In this document: positions 12,324-25,580 of the stretch, piece after piece
Numbering within the stretch: position 1 is the first letter of the stretch
Layout: each line of letters begins with the position of its first letter
Source of the DNA: Squalus acanthias
Taxonomy: Eukaryota
Reading direction: 5' to 3'
DNA: 60,000 nt
Assembly: GCA_030390025.1 (NCBI GenBank)
Contig: CM059432.1
Coordinates: 64,358,001-64,418,000, forward strand
Notes under the pieces: model-generated
The model's input: only the letters and a program-made list of their open reading frames with translations
Told to the model about the DNA's origin: nothing
The model's database searches: none
Translations under genes and position numbers: made by a program

Positions 12324-12794
12324 GTAGGTTCATTTCTGGCTTTCACCTTGCATGTTGGAATAAGACAAATGGGGAAAAAGGCTTTGCATGCTTTTTAAGG
12401 ATAGATGTTTGTGTGGAAAATTTTATCTTGCAAATGTATCTTGCAATATATTCCGAATGCTGCTTCTAGTGAATACATTGAGAATGCAACAATGCACCAA
12501 AATGGTTCAATGCCCCAGGCTTTTGAATGCTTAATAAAAGTTCCATTATTTCAGCAGGTGAGAGAATGTAAACTATCTCGCTGTAATTAATTTACACAAA
12601 GGACAATGCAAATGATGAAGAAAACTATTAGAATTGTTGTAAATGCAACAGTTTTTTGTAGATTTTGAGCAAATTACAGGGAAAACTGTTCAAATAGGCC
12701 CAAAAATCACATAGAAGGTAATGAAAGGTTCACAATTTGTCTTTTTAAAAAAATCACTCTTTTAGGGATGTTATATTGAGAGTAGTGCACACAA

Positions 12795-12995
12795 ATGCTC
12801 TTCTTCGAAATAGTGCCATGGTATCTTTTAAGTCCATCTTAGAGGGCAAACGGGCCCTCAGTTTAATGTCTTATCCAAAAGACAGCACCTCCCACAGTAT
12901 AACAGTCCCTCAGCACTGCACTGGAGTGTCAGCCTAGATTTTGTGCTCAAGTCCCTGGAGGTGAGAATGCTACCAAATGAGCCATGGCTGACTCC
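12795..12995 (-). mobile_element. DeuSINE-type SINE fragment (tRNA head and body)
   Basis: tgctcttcttcgaaatagtgccatgg...ctcagcactgcactggagtgtcagcctaga...; homologous to 2510-2590 and to the reverse complement of 28440-28650. Confidence 0.7.
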
Positions 12996-13199
12996 TTAGC
13001 AGATGCAGAGGTGTGAGTAATGAAAGCAAGTCAGGGGCAGGATCAACAGTAGCTATGGCGGAGCTGCATTCTTGGAGGCAAAAAGTATGAAGCCTAGCTG
13101 TAGATTGTTCTCCTGGAGACTTGTGACAGACGATTTGGTGCTGGCCTGGTAGGGAAGGATTGTCACTCTGGATTAGGTTTCGAGCACTAAATTAGTTCT

Positions 13200-13420
13200 C
13201 CTAATATCCTGTCCACCATTACTCCCTCAAGCAACACCACTATAAACAGATTAACTGATCATTCATCTCATGTATTGTTTCTTGGACCATGCTGTGCTAA
13301 AATACTGTTGCATTTTCCTACATAACAATAGTGTACATCAAAAATAATTAATTGGTTGTGATGGGACATTCTGAAGATATGAAAAGGTGATATATAAATG
13401 CAAGTTTGTTCTTTCTTTGT
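13200..13420 (+). mobile_element. DeuSINE-type SINE 3' fragment
   Basis: Degenerate Deu domain and tail ending tatataaatgcaagtttgttctttctt. Confidence 0.6.
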
Positions 13421-13689
13421 AAAGCAGCAATGAAGGTTGCTGTTAGGATAACAGCAGGAAGTGCCCTACTCAGGCACCATCTTGGATGAAATAGGGCAGT
13501 TTGAGTCAACTCCCACAAAATTAAGATACTGAGGAGGAAAATTTAAGGTTTGGCGGGAGATCAGGACAATCCATATGGAAATTCCAGGCAACAAATTGCT
13601 TAAAGGGAGTAACTGACACCAGTGAACCTGTGAAGGTATCTATAGCAGATACAAAGGTGTGACACTTTTGTTACATCTGAACTTGAATA

Positions 13690-14920
13690 TTCAAAAGACT
13701 TCCTTGCCAACCTCCCATGCTGCATTGAATCTAAAATTCCAACTTTTCAAAACTCCTCTGTCCACGACTTGTCCTGCACTCATCCGTCACCCCTTGTCCT
13801 CACCAAGCTCCATAGAAACATAAAAACATAGAAGATAGGAGCAGGAGTAGGCCATTCGGCCCCTCGAGCCTGCTCCGCCATTCAATGCGATCATAGCTGA
13901 TCATCCAAATTCAGTACTCTGTCCCTGCTTTCTCCCCATATCCCTTGATCCTTTAGCCTTAAGAAATATATCTAACTCCTTCTTGAATCTATTTAATGAA
14001 TTGGACTCAACTGTCTTCTGTGGTAGAGAATTCCACAGGTTCACCACTCTCTGGGTGAAGAAATTCCTCCTCATCTCAGTCCTAAATGGCTTACCCCTTA
14101 TCCTTAGACTGTGACCCCTGGTTCCGGACTCCCCCGCTATCGGGAACATCCTTCCTGCATCTAGTCTGTCTAGTCCTGTTAGAATTTTATAAGTTTCAAT
14201 GAGATCCCCTCTCATTCTTCTAAACTCTAGCGAATACAAGCCCAATCGACCCAATCTCTCTTCATACGTCATTCCTGCCATCCCAGATATCAGTCTGGTG
14301 AATCTTCGCTGCACTCCCTCCATGGCAAGAACATCCTTCCTCAGATAAGGCGACCAAAACTGCACACAATACTCAAGGTGTGGTCTCACCAAAGCCCTGT
14401 ACAACTGCAGCAAGACCTCCTTGCTCCTGTACTCGAATCCTCTCGCTATGAAGGTCAACATACCATTTGCCTTCTTAACCGCCTGCTGCACCTGCATGCT
14501 TACCTTCAGCGACTGGTGCACAAGGACACCCAGGTCTCGTTGCACTTCCCCTTTTCCCAATCTATTGCCATTCAGATAATAATCTGCCTTCCTGTTTTTG
14601 CCACCAAAGTGGATAACCTCGCATTTATCCACATTATACTCCACTGGTTCCTTGTAGCCCAACACATGAAATTCAAAATCTTCATCTATATATCCCTCCA
14701 TGGTCTCATCTCAACCTACCCCTCCAACCACCTCCAGCCTTGCATCCTACCCTTCATTCCTCTGACTCAGATCTCCTGTGCATCACCTCACCAGCAGTGG
14801 AAGATGCTTCAGACATCTAGGCCCTAGTTTTAGGAGCTCCCTAAACTTCTGTGCCTCACTTCTTCTCTCCTAAACTTTAAAAGCTTCATTGAAATCTTCT
14901 ATTCAACCATGTGTTTGGTC
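13690..14920 (+). mobile_element. Old L2-like LINE 3' remnant split by a CR1 insertion
   Basis: ...cacccc.tgtcctcaccaagctc | cactggttc...aattcaaaatcttcatc... reads as an L2-type C-terminus (LHW.....I.FKI) across the CR1 insertion. Confidence 0.5.
13811..14640 (-). mobile_element. CR1 LINE 3' fragment (RT C-terminus and tail)
   Basis: ORF 13901-14701 contains [41 protein letters not shown]. Tail is (ttctatgt)n. CTCCA occurs at both junctions. Confidence 0.93.
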
Positions 14921-16661
14921 TTCCCTGCTAACTCTCCCACTTCTGCACAGTGGATTAGATCCAGAAAAAAAATGGGCTTTAAATAGGATATCCCCAACTT
15001 CTCTTGAAGTCCAATGGTGGTTTCCATTTTAAAAATCTGTACTTTGCTCCCCTTTGTGCTCCCCCTCCCTCTGTGATTCACTCCACAGTCCCTCCTGCTG
15101 TGCTTTATTTCCATCCCTACCTGCTGTACTCCACTCTGAGTCTGGCCCCATTGTGCTTCAATTCCCCGCCCCCACCAATGCGCTCTGCTCCCTGCTCTCA
15201 CTACTGTCCTCCGTCTCCACGCTGCTCTGTGCTCCCCCCACTGCTGTGCATTTTACCCCATCTCAGAACGAGGCCACAATGACCATGCTTCAGATTATCT
15301 ATAAGCAACTCCATGAGAGATTATCTAGTATGATTGAATAAATTTATATATAGAGGCATATAGAGATAATGCAGAAAACAGAGAAGATATAGGGAAGGAG
15401 GAACTTGAAGAAAGAGTAAGAAAAAGAGTCAGAGACAAGCAGAGAGATATAAAATTATATTTTCCAAGAAGATACTGAGGAATATTACTCACCGCCAGCA
15501 CATTTTGAAAAATCATGGGCGCACTGCCCCTGATTTTTAGCTATGTGCTGCTGGCGGGTGAGGTCCGTCGCCACCAGTATGTACTTTGAAGAATACCCCC
15601 ATAGAGACAGAAATTAAAGAAAACATTGTAGACCCATATACAGAGCAACAGCGGAATATAGACAGGGAGACGGAAACAACTTAGGGAAGGGGAGACAAGC
15701 AGAGAATCAACCATTGGAAGAAAGGAATGAGAGATTTTGAGAAAAAAAATTGCTGATGAATAACACTATAGGAGATCACCTTATCAAATAATGATATATT
15801 GTGCGTTACATGGTATAAACCTTCTAATGCAACCTGAGCAATAGCTTGGGAGATCCTCTAATATGTTTGATATAATATGCAGCATTTATCTCCCACCTGC
15901 TTTTAACTAGGGAAACAATTTCCCTTCCTCTGAAGAGTTTGTGAATCAATATCCGTCCCCTAAACCAACCTCAGGTTAATGCTTCCTATCAACGCCTGAC
16001 TAATTTCCCAAGTTTATTAATGTTCCTTTAGTATCCATTAGCTAAACTATGCAGGCAAATGACTAAAGGGCTCCCCCTCTCTAGAGTAATGGAGGATGGT
16101 AACAATTTCCTACCACACAATATAGTATATAACAATAACACCCACTTATCTCTCATCTAAAAGGGAATGGTAGCATAGTGGTTATGTTACTGGACTAGTA
16201 ATCCAGAGGCCTGCACTAATAATTTCAGAGACGTAAATTCAAATCCCACCACGGGAACTGGAATAAAAAGCTAGTATCAGTAATGGTGACCATGAAACTA
16301 TTGGATTGTCATAAAAACCCATCTGGTTCACTAAAGCCCTTAAGGAAAGGAAATCCGCTGTCCTTACCTGCAGTCACATATACCTTACCTGGTCTGGCCT
16401 ATATGTGGCTCTTAACTGCACTCTAAAATGCCCTCTAGCAAGCCACTCAGTTATAACAAACCACTACGGAAAACAATAACAAGAATAAAACCAGACGGAC
16501 CACCCGGCATCGACGTGGGCATGGGCTTGGGACACGACAACGGCACACCCAACCCACACATGACAATGGCACACCCTCCTCACTATCTGGGGACCTGTGC
16601 CAAAATTGGAGAGCTGTCCCACAGACTAGTTAAGAAACAGCTTGACATAGTCATACTCATA

Positions 16662-19600
16662 GGGCTTGATTTTGCCAGGCCCGAGGAGGCGGGATTGGAG
16701 GCGTGTGAGTTGTTAAAATCGCCAAAAATGGTGGACGGGCCTGATCCCGCCTCCGAGCAATTTTCCCAAAAGCGTGTTTTCTGACCCCCTTTCCATCCTG
16801 CCCTTAAGGCCCTTAACAACCACTTAATAGCCTCTATAATCCCATTTTGAGAGGCCTTTCGGATTTTTAGTCATTCCCCCCCATCCCTCACGCCTCCTCT
16901 GGAACACGCCAGGTAATGCTGGCGGCCTCACAAGTGGATTGCTTACGAACAGCTGCAGCTCCACCATTAAAAAGGAGTTTTCACCAATGATCATTTGCAG
17001 GTGGCAGAACTTTGTTGTTTCAGGTCTGGGGGAACTTTTAGCAGGCATACTCAATGTTGTGGAAGTTTGGAGCCTGACACCCATCTCCAGTGTGACCTCC
17101 TGGGAAACCCCTCTCCCCACCTTGACTAAGCGCTTCCTCAACTGAGGCATATACCAGAAGCATGGCGACCATTTAATTCCTTTCCTCCTGGACATCAGAT
17201 TCGGATGAAGACCAGCCGCGGCAGCAGCAGAACCATGAGCAACAGCAGCACCAACAGCAGGAGCATCAACAGGAGCGCCAAGCTGCTAGTCACCCACCTG
17301 AAGATGCACAGGCCAGAAGTCGCCAGAGCGCGACCATATTGCTGCCCGGGATGCAAGGGATGCACTCATGTTGGTCACATTTGCTTAGCCTGTACAATCA
17401 AACACTTTTGCCTCACACCTTCTTACCAGAGCATCGACAATGGACAAGAACCTGCGGATTCCTATCACTCTGACCACCATACTGACAATTACAAGTCGCT
17501 CTAAGCCCTCAATGTGGAAGTCCCATTTGCGAAATGACACAGGCCACAACTTCAACAGTTTGCCATCAGAATTTTTTATCACAACAAGCAACTGGTGGCA
17601 TTTCAAAAATAAACACAACATAACACCCAAGTGACTACCCTTGTGACTACTTGTGCATTATCTTTCTCTTACGCGTGCTCCTATGTGGTGCTTCCCCTGT
17701 GGCTTCAGCAGATGTGGAGGCGGCCCTTGCTCATTTTCTTGCTGCTCCTGTCTCGACACCTTTGGCGGCCGTCCTCTGGGGTTGCGAACCTGTGAGGGCT
17801 CGGCAACAGTCTGCTGCTCCTGCAGCTGTGCAGGGGATGAGACGCCCATCTCAGTTGGGTGAGGACTCTAGTGGGGCTCTGACCGAGGGTTTTGCAGTGG
17901 CATGGTCGTTTGAGCGCTTGGAGAGGAGCCCCCACTTCCTTGTTGTCTGCCACCAACATCCCTCTCATGGGTCAGCCCCACTTCAGAGCTAGCAAGTGGC
18001 TTGACAGCACCTTGCTGCACTTCAGGGGGGCCCTGAGGACCCGTTTCTGCACTGGAAGTCCTACTCCAGAGGACTTCCATGAAGGTCTGGTTTCTATGCT
18101 CAGTAGCTGACCATCGCTCCTCAAGAGCTGCCAGTCTATTCTGAACAATGACCATGTTTTCTACACTCTGGCGACTTAGCTCCTCCATGGCCGTAGCCAT
18201 CCTCTCCTCTACTGTAGCCATCCTTTCCGTGGTGATGCGTTCATGCGCCAATGCCTCCACAAAGGCTCTGCTCATGTTCGCGATGGACTCCTCCATTCGC
18301 TCGACACTCGCAGCGACCCTGGAGACAAAACCTGCCAGAGACTCCTGCACCTGTTCCTTGAGTTCCAGCACCGCTCTCATTCTGGATGGACCCGGAGGCA
18401 CAGGGTCGACATGCAGCTGAGCCGAGCTGGCAGAGTCCTGCGCCCTCCGACGAGGACTCTCCACTGCTGTCCCTGTCTCCACCATCTGCTGATGCTCACT
18501 TGTGAGCTGTGATACACCAGGTGCTAACACTACTCTATCTCGCGAAGGTCCCACCGAGGTGTGAGTGTCTGCGCTGGTGCTGGGTGTGCTGAATTCTGCT
18601 GAGGCTGCACCCTCAGAGGTTGCAGCTTCCTCTGAGGAGTCTGGAAGCTCAGGCTCTTCCTCCTGGACAGTGGGGACGGGGGCTTTCGATGGTCCTGTGG
18701 GGGAGTAAAGGAAATAGTTAGAGATGTGAGGTCAAGGTTACATGAACATTGAATAGTGCAGATGCAGATGCATTATCTTCCTCTTATGTAGTGCTTCCCC
18801 TGTGGCTTCAGCAGATGTGGAGGCCCCTTGCTCACTTTCTTGCTGCTCCTGTCTCGACACCTTTGGCGGCCGTCCTCTGGGGTTGCGAACCTGTGAGGGC
18901 TCGGCAACAGTCTGCTGCTCCTGCGGCTGTGCAGGGGATGAGACACCCATCTCAGTTGGGTGAGGACTCTGGTGGGGCTCTGTTAGAGCATCAGATTCAT
19001 TTTCAGTGACTCATGCAATGTCAATGAGAGAGATACCAAACTATTCTGTCACCAGCTTGCTGCGATGCGTCCATCTGTCCGTCCCCCACTTGGGAATCCT
19101 CCTCGATCCCGGCGATTTCCAGGGCTGCCTCGTCCCAACGGTGAGCTGGGCTACTGAGGTTGGCCCTCCTCCTGTCATGGCTCTTTCCCTCTTATTGTGG
19201 GCTCTCTTTTCCTGCAATGAGGGACACAAGTGGAGTTTGAGTGAGAATGAAGGAGTGAATGTTGATAATCCATAGCATAGATGCTTAGAAGGATTAAAAG
19301 GACGATCCCTGTGTGTTGAAAGTTGTTGTTGTCATGGCATCACAGTGATAGGGAGTGTGAGGGCTGCATGGTCGAATAGTTAAGTGAATGTGACCTTCGA
19401 GAGAGAGGGAATGGGTAAGGGTGCAGGCCTGTAAGTGTCAAGTGGCATGTGGAGGAAGAGGTTGGCAAAGAAGAGTGCTGGTGAGGAGAGGCGATGGGGA
19501 TCAGATTGAGGGTGATGGGAAAGTCATACTCACTTTTCCTGTGTGGAGAAGATCATGAAACCTCTTCCTGCATTGCAGCCAGGTTCTGCGGCTCAGCGAA

Positions 19601-20031
19601 ATGGAGTTGAACTCCTGGGCCACTTGTAGCCACACAGCTTTTGTCTGCTGGGGTGGCTTTTTTCTCCCTGAGGAAGGGAACAGCACCTCCTTATTACATC
19701 TGGCTCCGTGCACCAGAGCTTGGAGGGAGGGCTCATCAAACTGAGGTGCACACTTTTGCTTGATCGTGGACATTGTCGGGAAATCAACACCTTCATACAA
19801 TTTGCAGAGCCTTTGCAGTCTCCAGAGGTAGCAAGGCTGCTTGCAGGTCTTAAATCCAACAGCATTGATGACGTCATCGGAGGCGACTTTCTGTATGAAA
19901 AGACTCATTGGGCCAGGGGTTCCCACACGCAGGAAATCAATTGCCCAATTAGGGGAAAATTAGGAGTCGGGTTCCTGACACGATTTCCACCTGACACGCC
20001 CCAGCCCGCCCACACTGACAAAATCCAGCCC
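16662..20031. mobile_element. PIF/Harbinger element with internally deleted transposase, nested in a LINE
   Basis: TIRs GGGCTTGATTTT / AAAATCCAGCCC, exact TSD ATA (16659-16661, 20032-20034). Only the transposase start and end remain (~17162-17390), homologous to 24065-24200 and 25255-25291. Confidence 0.92.
17658..19773 (-). pseudogene. Harbinger Myb/SANT-like protein gene (exons ~19534-19773, 19053-19211, 17658-18694)
   Basis: APQF...VLFP...W.QVA......RRTWLQCRKRFHDL, then EKRAHNKRERAMTGGG, then a coiled-coil-like exon 3. Splice sites are canonical; frame is disrupted. Confidence 0.85.
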
Positions 20032-23000
20032 ATAGAATCATACCTTTCAGCCAATGTTCCAAACTCCTGGGTATGTCTTGTCCCACCAGAGGTGGCAGCA
20101 CCGTGGTATACAAGGAAACCTCCTGCTGATTACCACCTACCGCCCTCCCTCAGCTGATGAATCAGTACTCCGCCATGTTGAACACCACTTGGAAGAAGCA
20201 CTGAGGGTAGCAAGGGCACAGAATTTACTCTGGGTAGGGGACTTCAATGTCCATCACCAAGAGTGACTCGATAGCACCACTACTGACCGAGCTGGTCGAG
20301 TCCTGAAGGACATAGCTGCCAAACTGGGCCTGCAGCATGTGGTGAGAGAGCCAACACAAGGGAAAAACCTTGTACGCACCATTCTACCTGTCGCAGATGC
20401 ATCTGTCCATGACAGCATTGAGCACTGCACAGTCCTTGTGGAGATGAAGTTCAGTCTTCACACTCATGACACTCGCCATTGTGTTGTGTGGCACTACCAC
20501 CATGTTAAATGGGAAAGATTCAGAACAGATCTAGCAGTTCAAAACTGGGCATCCATGAGGCGCTGTGGACCATCAGCAGCAGCAGAATTGTATTCCACCA
20601 CATCTGTAACCTCATGGCCTGGCATATCCATCACTCTACCATTACCATCAAGCCAGGGGACCAACCCTGGTTCAATGAGGAGTGCAGGAGCGGCACCCGG
20701 CGTACCTAAAAATGAGGTGCCAACCTGAGGAAGCTGCAACACAGGACTACATGCATGCTAAACAGCCAAAGCAGCATGCTATAGATAGAGCTAAGTGATC
20801 AACGGATCAGATCAAAGCTCTACAGTCCTGCCACAGCCAGTCGTGAATGGTGGTGGACAATTAAACAACTAACAGGAGGAGAGGCTCCATGAATATCCCC
20901 ATCCTCAATGATGGCGGAGCTCAGCACGTGAGTGCAAAAGACAAAGCTGAAGCGTTTGCAACAATCTTCAGCTAGAAGTGCCAAGTGGATGATCTATATT
21001 GGCCACCTCCTGAGGTCCCCACCATCACAGAAGCCAGTCTTCAGCCAATTCAGTTGACTCCACGTGATATCAAGAAACGGCTGAGCGCACTGGATACAGC
21101 AAAGGCTATGGGCCTTGGCAACATCACGGCTGTCGTGCTGAAGACTTATGCTCAAGAACTAGTCGCGCCTCTATCCAAGTTGTTTCAGTACAGCTACAAC
21201 ACTGGCATCTACCCGACAATGTGGAAAATTGCCCCGATATGTCCTGTCCACAAAAAGCAGGACAAATCAAATCCGGTCAATTACCGCCCCATCAGTCTAC
21301 CCTCAATCATCAGCAGAGTGATGGAAGGTGGCATTGACAGTGCTATCAAGCGGCACTTACTCACCAATAAACTGCTCACCGATGCTCAGTTTGGGTTCCG
21401 TCAGGACCATTCGGCTCCAGACCTCATTAAAGCCTTGGTAAAAATATGGACAAAAGAGCTGAATTCCAGAGGTGAGGTGATGATGACTGCCCTTGACATC
21501 AAGGCAGCATTTGACCGAGTGTGGTATCAAGGAGCCCTAGTAAAATTGAAGTCAATGGGAATTAGGGGGGAAACCGCTCCACTGGCTGGTGTCGTACCTA
21601 GCACAAATGAAGATGGTTGTGGTTGTTGGAGGCCACTCATCTCAGCCCCAGGACATCGCTGCAGGAATTCCTCAGGGCAGTGTTCTAGGTCCAACCATCT
21701 TCAGCTGCTTCATCAATGACCTTCCCTCCATCATAAGGTCAGAAGTGGGGATGTTCGTTGATGATTGCATAGTGTTCAGTTCCATTCGCAACTCCTCAGA
21801 TAATGAAGCAGCCCATGCCCGCATGCAGCGAGACCTGGATGGCATTCAGGCTTGGGCTGATAAGTGGCAAGTAACATTCACGCCACACAACTGCCAGGCC
21901 ATGACTATCTGCAACAAGCGAGAGTTTAACCTCTGCCCCCTGACATTCTACGGTATTACCATCGCCAAATCCCCCACCATTGACCGGAAACTTAACTGGA
22001 CCAGCCACATAAATACTGTGGTTACAAGAGCAGTTCAGAGGCTGGGTATTCTGTGGCGAGTGACTCCCCAAAGCCTTTCCACCATCTACAAGGCACAAAT
22101 CAGGACTGTGATGGAATACTCTCCACTTGCCTGGATGAGTGCAGCTCCAACAACACTCAAGAATCTCGACACCATCCAGGACAAAGCGGCCCACTTGATT
22201 GGCCCATCCACCACCTTAAACCTTCACTCCCTGCACCACCGGCGCAACGTGGCTGCAGTGTGTACCATCGACAAGACGCACTGCAGCAACTCACCAAGGT
22301 TTCTTCAACAGCAACTCCCAAACCCGCGACTTCTTCCACCTAGAAGGACAAGGGCAGCAGGTGCATGTAAACACCACCACCTCCATTATCCCCTCCAAGT
22401 TACACACCATCCTGACTTGGAAGTATATCGCCGATCCTTCATCATTGCTGAGTCAAAATCCTGGAACTCCCTCCTTAACAGCGCTATGGGAGTACCCTCA
22501 CCACACGGACTGCAGTGGTTCAAGAATGCGGCTCACCACCACCTTCTCAAGGTCAATTAGGGATGGACAATAAACGCTGGCCTTGCCAGCGATGCCCACA
22601 TCCCAGGAATGAAAAAAAATTGCTGACTACTGATGTTTTTATTTCTCTTCCATTCATGAAGAAAATTGCAATTCTTTTGAAGACAACAAGAGCCCACTTA
22701 GACAATTTATCATATTAACATTCCTAACTTGTCAAATCAGACACTTATTTCTGTTTTCTGTGTACAATAGTGTTGGTGGACAGTTACGGAGACGTGCTTG
22801 GAGTTCATGCTGCAGTCAGGATGAAATGTCTGATCTATAATTGGCTTAGAGAAGTCATGCTAAGGCATTGTTAATGTAGGCAAAGTGTGTGGACAGATTC
22901 TCAGGCAGATGTTCTACAGCCAGTACTTGGCAAGGCGGAATGCAGATCAGACATAATATCCAAAGATCTTCTAGGTAACCTGCTTCATCCAAAATTTAAA

Positions 23001-24064
23001 AAACTCTGCTCTATTATGTATTGCAGCCTGACCTGTGCCATATATTTGGATTCACTCATCTCAATAAACTCAAAATGTATATCCTATTCAGGATGTGTGA
23101 TATAAGGTTGCAAAATACTGTTGATGATATTAGTGGACCTGCATTTAATACATGCAAATGACATTCCTATCTGCTATTAATTCCTCTATTTCAAGCTTGC
23201 ATTTTTTTTGTTGTTCCTGCAGTGCAATATGTCAGTGACACCCTTTCTTAATGCTTCACTTTTTGGAGGATGGGGGCAAATCATCATATATTTTCTATTA
23301 TCTAACTAAAATTGTTGCAATTGCTGAAAATCTGATATAAAAATTGAAATTGCTGTGAAAAAGACAGAAAATGGGAGTTTTAACAAAGAATCTCTACCCA
23401 TTTTTCCTATGAATCTGCCTTGTATTCAAGTATTCCTATCACTTTTCCTTTTTTACATTCTATCATTTGCCTTGGTGACCATTATTTAGAGACTGCTTTG
23501 TATTGAGGATGGGGTGGGGTGGCGTCTCTTGACAGTCTTGCGCACGCAATCAATCACTTTGGTCGCAATTTTACCGGCGCTCAGAGGGCAGGTTTGGAGG
23601 CGGGTCGGGAGTTAAAATCTAAATGATTGATGACGGGTTGTGAACCCGCCGCCATCCCGCCTCCACACAACTTTTAATGTGTCGGGTCTGGGACCCGATC
23701 AGACCCGACACCAAATGGTGGGAGAAGCACTTAAGGCAGTTAACAGCTTGTTAACTGCCTAGATAATCCCATTTTTACTGCCTATTCCCATTTAAGTACA
23801 TTTTCAGCTTGTTGCCCATCGTGCGACAAACACGCCAGCTGATTGTGTCGGGTTCAGCAAGTAGCTGAATTGTTGACAGCTGCTCCTGCAGCATAAAAGC
23901 GGACCTGCAACATGGCTGACTTTCAGACGCCAGAACATTGTGCTTTGAGGTTTTGGGACACGTTTTGCAGGTCTACTGCACTGTGACCTACTTGGAATAC
24001 CCTCCGGCCACATTGAGTGAGCGCTTATAACATCTTTTCCTCAACTGAAATATATACCAGCGGA

Positions 24065-25291
24065 ATGGGAACCATTTATACCCTCTCATCCTGGTCTTCA
24101 GAATCAGAGGAAGAGTAGCCACGGCAGCCGCAGAACCAGGCACATCAGCAGCACCAACAACAGGAGCGCCAACCTTCTCCTCAGCCACCTGATGATGCAC
24201 AGGGAAGAGGGTGTCAGCGCAGGGCCTGCACCTCGCTGCAGGAGATACCCCCAACACAGGGTTTACAGGCCGAGGATGAGCTTCCTCAACATGAGAGAGC
24301 AGCAGTGCCAAAAGAGGCTGAAACTTTTGCGAGAGGTAGTCGCTGACATCTGCACAAGTCTGCACCCATACCTGCAGCCCAGAGGAGCGGATGGACACTC
24401 CTTACCAGTGGCTGTCAAAGTCACCACCGCACTCAACTTCTTTGCTTCGGGGTCCTTCCAGGGATCAGCAGCAGACATCAGTGACATCTCTCAGTCGGCC
24501 GCACAAACCTGCATCATGCAGGTTACCGATGCCCTCTTTGCAAAGGTGCACAATTACATCCACTTCTCCATGGATGAAGCAAGTGTAACCGCGCGTGTGG
24601 TTGGCTTTGCAAATATGGCAGGCTTGCCAAGAGTACAGGGCGTCGTAGACATGTGGCCATTAGAGCACCCCATCACAACCCAGCTGTATTTGTCAACCGC
24701 AAGGGCTTCCACTCCCTTAACGTCCAGCTGGTGTGTAACCACAGGAAGAACATTATGCATGTTTGCGCCAAGTTCCCTGGCAGTTGCTATGACTTGTTCA
24801 TCCTGCGGCAGTCTACTGTGCCTCAGCTGTTCAATCCGCCAACCCAAATTTCCAGATAGCTACTTGGAGACAAGGGCTATCCCCTGAAAAAGTGGCTCAT
24901 GACACCGATGAGGAGGCCATCAAACGAAGCTGAGGAGCGGTACAATGTGAGCCACATTTCCACCAGAAGCATTATAGAGCAAACCATCGGCTTGCTCAAA
25001 ATGCGATTCAGATGCCTCGACAGATCTGGTGTAGCCCTACAGTATGCACCAGCCAGGTCTCCCAGAATCATTGTGGTCTGCTGTGCCCTGCACAACATCG
25101 CACAGCAGCGTGGCTTAGCGCTGCCTGAGGAACAAGTGGCTCAGCGCACAGCCTCCTCGGAAGAGGAGGAGTAGGAGGAGGTGGCAGATGAGGGACACCT
25201 TGCGGGGGCGGATGTGCCAATTCCACCAGCACTCGACCACATTGCTGGCCATGAGGCAAGGGATGCACTCATCCATGCCAGATTTGCGTAA
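24065..25291 (+). pseudogene. Harbinger (HARBI1-like) DDE transposase, disrupted
   Basis: [54 protein letters not shown]. Contains frameshifts and stops. Confidence 0.93.
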
Positions 25292-25580
25292 GTTTACGCA
25301 TCAACCACATGTGGCTGGCACATGGAAATTAATGTCTGGACAACCTTTTTAACACACCATACATCATTTGTACAATAAACTGTGGTTTCCTATCACTCTC
25401 ACCACCATCATTACACATGAAAGGTGCCCTGACCCCCTCACTGTGCAACTTCCATTTCTGAGGCCAAATCTTCGATTCTTTGCCATCACTTTTGTTTAAT
25501 AATGTTAAAATCAGGATGACAAATGTTATTTTGTAAGAGAAGAAAACACCCAAGTGACTACGCTTGTGACTATTTGTGTG

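Larger units (their letters stand above)
16163..22619 (+). mobile_element. Non-LTR retrotransposon (APE endonuclease + RT, clade not resolved) with a tRNA-derived 5' head, interrupted by a Harbinger element
   Basis: The APE N-terminus KIGELSHRLVKKQLDIVILI|ESYL continues across the 16662-20031 insertion. Motifs VGDFNVH, NYRPISL, QFGFR, LDIKAAFDRV, GIPQGSVLGP, FVDD. Ends in an A-tail at ~22612-22619. Multiple frameshifts. Confidence 0.88.

Noticed and set aside
15473..15603. Short imperfect hairpin or possible mini-MITE
   Set aside because: The termini and TSD are too degenerate to support a call.
24065..25291. Host HARBI1 gene
   Set aside because: There are multiple disrupted copies, each within TIRs and paired with a Myb gene. 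These are transposon copies, not the domesticated single-copy gene. The same applies to 6660-7771 and 51609-52797.
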